DNA from: a virus
Taxonomy: Duplodnaviria > Heunggongvirae > Uroviricota > Caudoviricetes
Virus record (IMG/VR): IMGVR_UViG_3300012979_000028
Coordinates: 85,985-149,984 of that record
Length of the DNA: 64,000 bases
Reading direction: 5' to 3' (one strand)
Position 1 is the first letter of the stretch, and every line of letters begins with the position of its first letter. Below the pieces are notes generated by a model. The model worked only from the letters and a program-made list of their open reading frames with translations, did no database searches and was not told the origin of the DNA. Shown here piece after piece: positions 24,274 to 33,400 of the stretch. The position numbers were made by a program, and so were the translations under genes.

Positions 24274-25340
24274 TATAACTTCTTTATTAATTTTAAACCA
24301 GTGGCTCTAAAACCTGTTTCATCTGCTGGCTTTTTTGTTCTTACTACTTCAAAATAATTCTCTAGATCATTGGCTTTTGGAGATTTATTATAATTATGCT
24401 TACTATAAATCTCAGTCAATACTTCTTTAGCTTCCTTATTAGAGTATACTTCCCCTACAGAAAACCGCTGATAAATTTCTTCTTTCATTCCATCCTTATT
24501 CATTACAGTAGCTGAATATTCTCTATCAACATAAGTAACATTATAACCATTAGCTTTACATCTCTCCGGTCCAAGAACTAGGTAATAATTCTTATAGATT
24601 AGTGGAACTTGATCAAGGATAACACTAACCTCACTCTCACTAAAACCACTCTCACATAGGGTTTTCAGTTTATCATTGAATGAAGAAAGTGTATTAAAGT
24701 GTTCTATAAAATCTAAGATAGGCTTCTCTAATAACTTCTCATTCTCTTCCATAACTTGTCTAATACTCTCACCCATATCCTCTTCAAATTTATCTAAAAA
24801 ATTATCCTCTGTAAAAATACTCTTCCCTATCTCTCCTACATAGTATTTAATATTCCTAGTAAGATCTGATTCAATATTGTTTGAGTTTTTTAAAGTTAAA
24901 GAGGATGTTATTTTCTTGTTATAGAATATATTTAGACAGTTTTTTATATAACTTCTCAACTCTATAAATTCTTCAGTAAGTTTACCGGTAGCATCTCTAA
25001 CAAAATACTTCGGATCTCCAACTCCTAGTACATTATTTAAGTCATCTACAGTTTTATAAGTATTAAAGAAATTTACTATTGAACCGTCATCATCATCCTC
25101 AAACCATTCTCTTCTATATACTCTTAAATCTTTAAACCTATTATGTATTAAACTCTCATGTCTTTCTGTACCTCCTGGAATTGTATATAAAACTTTACAG
25201 AATGGATTATGTAAGTAGTAAGTATTAAACCTTCTCTCATCATTTCCTCCATCTCCTGTATAACCTATTTTATAATAAGTTTTAATATTTCCTTTACCTT
25301 CCTGAAGATCTTCACCTTTTGATATTATTAAGTAAATCAT
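24273..25340 (-). CDS. GIY-YIG/T5orf172-like nuclease with a C-terminal domain shared with the adjacent helicase
   Basis: IYLI...YKIGYT...RR...E..IH.....REWF pattern; the C-terminal region of about 150 aa is clearly homologous to the end of 25337..27379. Confidence 0.75.
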   Translation of the reverse strand: MIYLIISKGEDLQEGKGNIKTYYKIGYTGDGGNDERRFNTYYLHNPFCKVLYTIPGGTERHESLIHNRFKDLRVYRREWFEDDDDGSIVNFFNTYKTVDDLNNVLGVGDPKYFVRDATGKLTEEFIELRSYIKNCLNIFYNKKITSSLTLKNSNNIESDLTRNIKYYVGEIGKSIFTEDNFLDKFEEDMGESIRQVMEENEKLLEKPILDFIEHFNTLSSFNDKLKTLCESGFSESEVSVILDQVPLIYKNYYLVLGPERCKANGYNVTYVDREYSATVMNKDGMKEEIYQRFSVGEVYSNKEAKEVLTEIYSKHNYNKSPKANDLENYFEVVRTKKPADETGFRATGLKLIKKL

Positions 25341-27379
25341 AGCTTCTCCAATATTTTTACACCTTCAACTCTTTTTCCTTCTACAGTCTTAGTCGCTCTC
25401 ACAACCTTGAAATAATTCTCTATATCATTAGCTTTAGGAATTTTATTATATCCATAGCTATTGTATATTCCAGTCAACCACTCTTTTATCTCTTTATTAG
25501 AATAGATTTTTCCTAGTTCAAAGGTTTTATGAATTTCTTTTTTCATTTCTCCTTTATCCATTACCAAATCTTCATATTCTTTTCTGATATCTGTAACACT
25601 ATAACCATTAGCCTTACATCTTTCAGGACCGAGGACTAGATAGTATTTCTTGTAAGTTAGTGGAATTTGATCAAGAATAGCTGACATCTCATACTCACTA
25701 AAACCACTCTCACACAAGGCCTTCATCTTATCATTAAAATTTGAAAGATTATTAAATTCTTCTATAAATCTACTAACTTCGCCACCTTTATTCATCAATC
25801 CCTTTTTCACCAAAGTATTAAAGACTGAAAATCGATCTTTATAGTCAATCTGCTGTATATCGAATGCTCTCTGCTCTGCAATTAAAACTAAGTTATTAAG
25901 AACTGGGAACATATCTTTACCAGAGTGCTCATTAATAGCTATATAATCGTACTTATAGTTAGACGCGTTAGTATCTCTTTTGTACTTTTCAGTTAGGGTA
26001 TGTTTAAATTCTGTAGTGTCATAAGTAGAAAGTAACTCATTGGTTTTTTTCATTTTAAACTCTATAAACTTATTAAATTCTTCTTGAGTCTTTATATTTT
26101 TGCTAGTCTTATAATAAAACTCTGCCCTATTCTTCCAAGGATTACTATCGTTTCTCTGTCTCCCTAGGATCTGAGGTAAATCTAGAGAAATATCGACTGC
26201 TAGGGTCTCAACATTTGCGTCACTGATTATAACTGTTCTAGCATTTGTCGAATAAAAATCGGCTCCTAAGTAAACTGTTCTTGTACAAAAGGTAAACATT
26301 TTATGCGGCTGACCTAATAATGGTATATCTCCAATTTCCCACTTTGAACCTAATCTTCTCTTTAGTTTTTTCTTATTATCCGGTGTATCTGCTATCATAA
26401 TATTACACTGATCAGGCTTTAATCCACACTTATTAATTATTCCGATAATATTTACAACTGAATTTACAAAGAAACAAACTTCTTTCGATTCTATTGTTTG
26501 TATATTTCCTTGTTCATCTTTGTAGCTCATCTTTTCAAAATTTCCCTCCAGGTACTCTTTGATAATTTTATAAGCAGGCTCATTCACACTCTTACATGTT
26601 CTCACTTTTAAATCTGGTTTAAGTATTCTACAAGGATCCTCAGTTTCCCAATCTAATTCATAATAAGGAAGATCTTTAAACTCATCTAGTCTTTCTAAGT
26701 ATTCATCGATCATTGGAGTGGCTGAAAGATAACAAACCTTCTGCAATCCTTGAAGATGATGTACAAATTCTAACTCTGTATCACTCTTAAAACGACTATC
26801 TGTGAAAATACTCTGAAATTCATCAATAACTACTCTAAAATTTTTCATTCTATCCCCTAGAGTTTCCTTTACAATCCTGAAAGAATCGTAGGTAACTATA
26901 ATCTTTACAGGAAAACCGGAAAGACTTCTATTAAGAGAATACGAATTTATTAGATTCTTTAAGGCTTCTATAATCTCTTGCTGTGTAGTCTCCGGAGTAA
27001 TGTCTGTAAGCTTAGTCGGAACAATACCTGATGATCTATTAAACTTTTCAAGATCTTTATCAGTAGTCTCATCCTGATCTAGACTATTATTAACATAGAG
27101 TACTTCTCCAGGGTGTTGTTTCTCTTTATTCCTTAGTAGTAATTTTCTTGGAGAACAAAGAATAACATTTTCAGAGTTGGTTAGGCAGTACTCTGTAAAA
27201 CCACAACCAGGTATCTTTTTATCTACAATACATGGCTCCTCCGGAATAACAAAATCCTTCCACTGTGACATAAACCTGATTCCCGCAGGAACCGTAATCT
27301 TAATCTTTTTCATTTTATTTATTTTTTTTTTGTTAAACATCTCGAATTGTGGAAAAATCAAGTCGCAGAAGGAGCCCAT
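25337..27379 (-). CDS. SF2 helicase-like protein (possible origin-binding/initiator type)
   Basis: Variant Walker A PGCGFT, IDEFQ (motif II), LSATP (III), TRTVYLGADF (V), QILGRQR (VI). Confidence 0.75.
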   Translation of the reverse strand: MGSFCDLIFPQFEMFNKKKINKMKKIKITVPAGIRFMSQWKDFVIPEEPCIVDKKIPGCGFTEYCLTNSENVILCSPRKLLLRNKEKQHPGEVLYVNNSLDQDETTDKDLEKFNRSSGIVPTKLTDITPETTQQEIIEALKNLINSYSLNRSLSGFPVKIIVTYDSFRIVKETLGDRMKNFRVVIDEFQSIFTDSRFKSDTELEFVHHLQGLQKVCYLSATPMIDEYLERLDEFKDLPYYELDWETEDPCRILKPDLKVRTCKSVNEPAYKIIKEYLEGNFEKMSYKDEQGNIQTIESKEVCFFVNSVVNIIGIINKCGLKPDQCNIMIADTPDNKKKLKRRLGSKWEIGDIPLLGQPHKMFTFCTRTVYLGADFYSTNARTVIISDANVETLAVDISLDLPQILGRQRNDSNPWKNRAEFYYKTSKNIKTQEEFNKFIEFKMKKTNELLSTYDTTEFKHTLTEKYKRDTNASNYKYDYIAINEHSGKDMFPVLNNLVLIAEQRAFDIQQIDYKDRFSVFNTLVKKGLMNKGGEVSRFIEEFNNLSNFNDKMKALCESGFSEYEMSAILDQIPLTYKKYYLVLGPERCKANGYSVTDIRKEYEDLVMDKGEMKKEIHKTFELGKIYSNKEIKEWLTGIYNSYGYNKIPKANDIENYFKVVRATKTVEGKRVEGVKILEKL

Positions 27380-27429
27380 TTCCCTAAGAGGTATTCCTCT
27401 TTCATCCCTTCTAATTAATCAATTATAAG

Positions 27430-27940
27430 ATAAATAGATTATTAAATCAGTAAATTTGTGGAAATATCAACTGAAATTTTACGAACATCTAATATAATAT
27501 TTTCCCAAAAAAAAATTCCACACCTTTATTTAACTTACTCTAACTAACTCTCCCTCACTCCTCCATTCATCCACCCCTCTTCTCCTTCTCTCCTTTCAGT
27601 CGATCAGTAAAGAGGGTTGCACGATGCGCCTCAGCCGGCGAAGCCTGAATTGAAGTAATATTATTTCCTCTTTAATTGACTTAACTAATTTAAATAGACT
27701 AACTAAATGAGGCTTTTGTTTAATCTCTTTAAAGAAAATAAAAATAGATTAATTAGGGTTTATTAGATATCTCTTTAGGGATATCAACCAATTCATCACC
27801 CACCCCCTCTGGATAGCCGGCTGGCGTTTATCCAGGGGGATTAGGTGGGGAGGGATTGGGGAAACGCTCCCTACTCGACCTATTTTCACCACATCAAGCA
27901 GAAAAAAAAGAAGAGTCTACCTAACCCTTCTTTTTCTATT
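27430..27940. other. structured non-coding region (candidate origin or ncRNA)
   Basis: About 500 nt with no ORF; GC-rich inverted repeats (CCCCCTCTGGATA 27803-27815 / TATCCAGGGGG 27829-27839; CCCTCTT / AAGAGGG at about 27575-27616) alternate with AT-rich tracts. Confidence 0.45.
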
Positions 27941-27946
27941 TATTCT

Positions 27947-28660
27947 TTATCTTTCTTTCTTTCTATTCTTATACATCATACCAGCCCCAATACCAGTTAC
28001 TGCTAAAGCAGGTAGACCATATTTTAAAGCGCCGGACTTAATAATTTTTCCTCTATTAAAAGCTGCTTTCCCCTTTATTTTATTTACCTCCCGGTCTGTT
28101 ACTTCTTTACCAAATTTTTCTTCAATACCTTTTACTTCCTTTTCTAAGTCTGAATCTATTCGTTTTAATGTATCATTATGACGGTTTTTTAACTTAATCT
28201 TTTCCATTCCTAAACTATCAATCTCCTTTAAATGTTTACCTCTATTACTAAGCTTCTCATCGAGCATCTTCATCTCACTCTCTATTTCTCCATCAATTTC
28301 CTTAAGAGATTTGTCATATCTGGATTTAGCAGAATTTCTCATCCACTCTGCCTCACCTTTTGCTTGATTAATACGTTTATCATAGACTTCTTTATTATCA
28401 GCTACTAGATCATTTATTTGTTTATTATAGAAAGTTTTATTATCATGAACGTCATATAGTGTTTTTCCAAGTCCAATTCCAGCTCCAACAGCTCCAATAC
28501 CTGTAAGTCCTATTCCAATTTTTCTATTACGATCTCTAGATTCCTCTTCTGCAAATTCCTTTTGAGCAGCCTGGTATCCTTCACAGAATGCCTTTTCTTC
28601 TATAGCAGATATTAGATCTTCCTCACTATAGATACTAAATACTTTTCTTGTAATTCTCAT
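27947..28660 (-). CDS. MRITRKVFS-family protein, two Gly-rich hydrophobic segments
   Basis: N-terminus shared with 52668 and 53835; close paralog of 53835..54470. Confidence 0.8.
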   Translation of the reverse strand: MRITRKVFSIYSEEDLISAIEEKAFCEGYQAAQKEFAEEESRDRNRKIGIGLTGIGAVGAGIGLGKTLYDVHDNKTFYNKQINDLVADNKEVYDKRINQAKGEAEWMRNSAKSRYDKSLKEIDGEIESEMKMLDEKLSNRGKHLKEIDSLGMEKIKLKNRHNDTLKRIDSDLEKEVKGIEEKFGKEVTDREVNKIKGKAAFNRGKIIKSGALKYGLPALAVTGIGAGMMYKNRKKER

Positions 28661-28766
28661 TTTATTTATAGTTTTATTAGTTTATTCTCTTTCAAATTTA
28701 AGGTACGAAAAAAAAAACGGTTTAAGAATGGTGAAAAAAGAAAGCCCCACAACCAGGGCTTTTTCT

Positions 28767-29015
28767 TTATTTAAGGACTTCTTTCAGGTAATCTCTTATT
28801 CCATCTCCTGTTTCATCAAGTTCCCAGATATCAAGGTCATTTATTTTCTGGAACCACTCCAACAGATTTCCTACCTTAACCTCTACTATATCATCTTCAT
28901 TTAGTATAATATAGTCTGATGGTTTTGAACAAGTATTCCTATATATTTCAGCATGACTACGTTCTTCACCTGAATATACAACTTTCCAACTTGATTTATC
29001 GACAACTAACCACAT
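28767..29015 (-). CDS. hypothetical protein (82 aa)
   Basis: ORF with upstream CTTATAAGTGA motif and downstream hairpin (AAAGCCC...GGGCTTT). Confidence 0.7.
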   Translation of the reverse strand: MWLVVDKSSWKVVYSGEERSHAEIYRNTCSKPSDYIILNEDDIVEVKVGNLLEWFQKINDLDIWELDETGDGIRDYLKEVLK

Positions 29016-29075
29016 AATATTTAATTTATTTATTGTTTGTTATTCACTTATAAGACTTACAGACAGATTAAAGCG

Positions 29076-29160
29076 AAAAAGAAAAATAAAGCCAACCCCT
29101 CTCGAGCTGACTTTACTAATAATATGGAAAATAAACAACAAAGTATATTCACTTATAAGG
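29076..29160 (-). ncRNA. candidate small RNA unit A
   Basis: CTTATAAGTGA motif, about 35 nt of unique sequence, hairpin TAAAGTCAGCTC-GAGAG-GGGTTGGCTTTA, T run; no minus-strand ORF. Confidence 0.5.
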
Positions 29161-29173
29161 GTTTGTTCGGATT

Positions 29174-29557
29174 TTAATTCTCCCCTTCCCTTTTTCTTCT
29201 TTCTAGTTCTTCTTTTGCTATTCTTTTTCTTTTAGCATGATGAATTCTAGAAAGAGCATCAACAGCACCAGCACCACCCAAGCCTACTGCAGCTCCGATT
29301 AACGCTCCTCTAGGTACAGAAGAATTAAGATGACTTGCACCTCCTATTGCTGCACCAGAGATAAGACTACCGCCGTAAAGTAGAGCTCTATTCTTTCTAA
29401 AGTTCTTTTCTTCTTCAGGTGTTCTTTCTCTACTAGTGTTTTCTAAGTACTTGGTTGGTTTATTTCTTAGTCTATCGTAATCCCATTCTTCTCTATAGCC
29501 TATATATTTTTCAGCAGGGATATCATCATTTGATTTAGAAAAACGTTTAATTCTCAT
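29174..29557 (-). CDS. MRIKRFS protein with Gly-zipper-like hydrophobic segments
   Basis: Same CCTTAAATTTGAAA upstream motif and leader as the MRITRK genes; GAAIGG and GALIGAAVGLGGAGA segments. Confidence 0.75.
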   Translation of the reverse strand: MRIKRFSKSNDDIPAEKYIGYREEWDYDRLRNKPTKYLENTSRERTPEEEKNFRKNRALLYGGSLISGAAIGGASHLNSSVPRGALIGAAVGLGGAGAVDALSRIHHAKRKRIAKEELERRKREGEN

Positions 29558-29621
29558 TTTATCTATAGTTTTTATTAGTTTACTTTCTCTCTTTCAAATT
29601 TAAGGACAGGAAATAAAAAAT

Positions 29622-29706
29622 AAAAAAAAAATAAAGCCAACTCTCTCGAACTGACTTTACCGTTGACATATTGCTTAAATAAACAAATTCTACTTGCATA
29701 TATAAG
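29622..29706 (-). ncRNA. candidate small RNA unit B
   Basis: CTTATATATGCA motif, about 38 nt of unique sequence, hairpin TAAAGTCAGTTC-GAGA-GAGTTGGCTTTA, T run. Confidence 0.5.
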
Positions 29707-29784
29707 ATTTTTAGCCGAAGTAAGAAATAATAAAGGCTGGGAACTTTAATTATATATTCCCAACTCTTTGTTCAACTTTTTATA

Positions 29785-30420
29785 TTATTTTCCGTTATTC
29801 TTCTTTTTCAATACACTTAAATTAGCTTTTATAGAAACTGCTCTTAAGTGGGTATGGTTATTGTGAAAGTTTATAAAATCATTAATAATATCTTGATTTG
29901 TAAATACAACCTTTGAGTTTTTATCTTCACTATCATTATTAAGTGAATTTATTAATAGTTCTTTATTTTGATTTACTAACCAACTTTTAAAAACTTCTTT
30001 AAATGTGAGATCATAATGATCTATATGAAAACTATTACTATCTAAAATTAAATCTCCTGTAATTGGACAATTGAATGGGAGTTTATTAATATATTTATTT
30101 CTTTCTTCGATTATTATTTGAGATATTGCATTTCTACAGGCACATTCTATCTTTTTGTCAATAGAAGTGCTGCTTATGCACTCATTAAATGAAATATCTG
30201 TATTAGTGTTATCTATTCTATAAATCCAAAAACACTTATTCTTCCAAGTTGGGTTAATCCTTACTTCAATGTGATCAATTCCGACTCCTTGTTTTTTAGT
30301 CCAATTTGGATGATTCTTAAAGATAGCTATTAAAAATTCATAATCACTCGGATCAGATACTAAACCATTATACTTGTATAATAGTTCTCTGCACTTTTCT
30401 GTTAATTGCTTTTTATTCAT
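29785..30420 (-). CDS. DCL/DeCL (DUF3223)-like domain protein with C-terminal HNH-like motif
   Basis: HPNWTKKQGVGIDHIEV...KCFWIYRIDNTNTDISFNECI resembles the DUF3223 consensus; CPITG...HIDH follows. Confidence 0.65.
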   Translation of the reverse strand: MNKKQLTEKCRELLYKYNGLVSDPSDYEFLIAIFKNHPNWTKKQGVGIDHIEVRINPTWKNKCFWIYRIDNTNTDISFNECISSTSIDKKIECACRNAISQIIIEERNKYINKLPFNCPITGDLILDSNSFHIDHYDLTFKEVFKSWLVNQNKELLINSLNNDSEDKNSKVVFTNQDIINDFINFHNNHTHLRAVSIKANLSVLKKKNNGK

Positions 30421-30481
30421 ATAAAGATTAAATTTAAAGAAAAGTAACAGAGGGATTCTTACAGCCCTCCATTACTGATTT

Positions 30482-33400
30482 TTACATATTTTTTCTTATT
30501 TTAAATTCTTTCTCTTTACCATCATTGAATTTAGTTTTTCCTTGAGCAGTCTTACTAAAACCTAGGTATCCGTTCCGAAATTTCTTTAAGTTCTAATTTT
30601 CTTAAAGACTAGACTATATCATTACCTATATTTCAAGGTAGCTCGCACTTCGAAAATTGGAATTTCACCAATAATCTACTCCCTATCAGGATAGTCGTTG
30701 CACTTTCTCTGTTTCCAGAGCTTAGCACAGGATTAGCATCTCAGCCTTCCCTGTTAGCCTTAAAGAGAATCCTTTAAGACACCCTAGATTTCTAGGTTCA
30801 CGAGCTTTTCACTTATAAATTTCTTTATAAGGGGACAAATTAGTTCATCCTTCTGATACCGATTGTGTTAGTAGAACCGCACTTAGGACAGGTATAATTC
30901 TCTTCGAAAGGTAATGAATCATCTCCTATCCAATGATTACCACATTCACGACATCTATTCTGAGCATGATTAATACTCTGATACATACCAAGGCTCATTG
31001 AATATCGAAGAAGACTTTTAATACCTTCATTCATTTCTGGAGCGATAGATGGAATTCTCACATGACAGATACAACCTCCAACTGATAATGGGAAAAATAC
31101 AGATTCTTTCTTTATCTTCTCTATTTGTATAATGTCATCTTCTACATTCATATGGAAAGAGTTAGTAAAGAATCCATTATTAGTTACTCCTTTAACCTTG
31201 CCATATTCTTTGATAAATTGTTCACACGCCAATGGCAGCCAACTTTCCCCGGGGGTACCATAGAGGGCCCATAATAATCCATCTTCTTTTTTATAGCGTG
31301 CGATATTTTCATTAATATGCTTCAAGGTTTCTACTGCAAAACTACTATCTTCAGACAATTTTTTACCTAGATGTAGTTTAGTTAGTTCATGTAATCCACC
31401 GTAACCAAAGCTAATTGTTGATTTCTTAAGTACAGGTTCAATACAGTCATCCGGACCAAGTGTACCTCCGTCAAATCCACCTTCCATAAATACTAGTGGA
31501 TCACACGAAGCCTTGAGTTTATAGAGATAATTAGCAGTTTTCTTACCAATATTTCTACCAATTGACATATAGTAATCAAGTACATCAAAGAATTGTTTAT
31601 TTTCTGTTTTTGCCTTCATATAGATCATAGGCAAGTTAAGTGAAACAACGCCGAGATTACAACGATAGATCTCAAATTCGTCATTTTCATTTTGCGGTAT
31701 ATAAGTTCCTGATCCTTTAAATTCAGGACCAAGGAATGCTCTACACTTTAACCTTCTAGAGGTTAACGGACTATCTCTTCAGAGGTGATTAGTCTCTGCT
31801 TCGCGCTTCGAAATAAGGAGTTTCACCCTAAATCTACTCTACTTGGTTATTCATAATATCACTTATCTAATAGTGCAATATTATTATCCGTTCGATAGTC
31901 TCTACACTTTATTGAATTAGTTCTAACTTATAATTATTAGTTTTATAAATTTTATTTAGTTTTAGCTGTTCTGTTATTTTATTTTTATTTTTCAAATTTT
32001 CATCTCTTATTAATTTAGATATGGACTCATATATTTTTGAAAAACCAGTATTAAGATCCGTGTACATTACTTGAATTCCTCGCTTAGGAGATTTTTTGAT
32101 ATTTTTCATTTTCTCCCTAAACTCAGGATCTCTCCACATCTCTTTTCGTTTCTCAATAATATTATCCCTATACTCCTTACTTTTCCACGCAGCTTTAACA
32201 CCTTTAGATACTTTATTTCTATATTTGTCTGATTTCCATAGATCCTTCATTTCTTTTGATCTCTTTTCCTTAAATTCCAAATTACTCCACTGTAATTTTG
32301 CAGCAGATGACATCTTTTCTAATGCATCACTATCGAACTCAGATTTATTAGATTTTCCACCAGGCTTAATATTATATCCATTACTAATTGAATTATACTT
32401 AGTTATATAATAAATTTCTAGTTCATCTAATTTTGTTTTTACTTCTGCTTTAGTTGGAAGATCTATCTCTTCTAATATACTAAACTCAAAAGCTTCGTAT
32501 CCGTATTTTTTAACTGCTTTATCGAAGTAAAAGTTTCCTCTTGCTTTCCTATGTTCATGCTGCCGTCTAACTAAATGAATAGTTTGACCAACATAATATT
32601 TTATCTCCGTTTCACTCTTTCTATGAGTATATAAATAAATATATCCTTTCATATTAGTAATTTAACGAAAGAACTAATTCAATCTTAGCACGGTATTATC
32701 TATCTGAGAATTAGAGCTTTCTCAGCAGCCTTCACCGTTAGCACTAATAGGTTAATCAATCCTATCAGAACACCCTAGTTTTCTAGGTTCACGAAGTTTT
32801 ACATGAGCTGTTTCTTAAATTCCCAGAATTCTCAGATTTCTTAGGGGTTTCTAAAGTTCTTAACTTAGATTCCTAGATTTCTTAGATTCTAGTGTTCTTA
32901 GATCCGACCCATGGGGCTCACGACTACTTTATATTTATGATATATCTCTCCGACATATCCAGCATCGAGTGATAAAAAGTCAGGATACATACAATTTTTT
33001 GCAGTTTCTACAGCTCGATCAAATAGGTCTTCCATTGGAGCTCCCTCGCCATGAAGTTCACTATCGTACAAAAATACAAGCTTAGGGAAAAGTACTGGCA
33101 CTTTAGCATTCTCTTTACCCTGGCCACCTCTACGTACATCAAGGAATACTTCACTTAGCATCTTAGACCAACGATCAGTACCATGACCGAATGTAAACGT
33201 TATGACAACTTGTCTTTAATTTTCATTAAAGGTTAGACTATATCATCTTCCATTAATCTGGAAGGATTGCACTTCGGAATAAGGAATTTCACCTTAAACC
33301 TACTCCCTCTCGGGATAGTCGTTACACTTTCTTACTTATCTAGTAAGCTTAGCACGGTATTACCAGCTACCCATTTCTGGGCCTTAGGCTTTCTTAGAGA

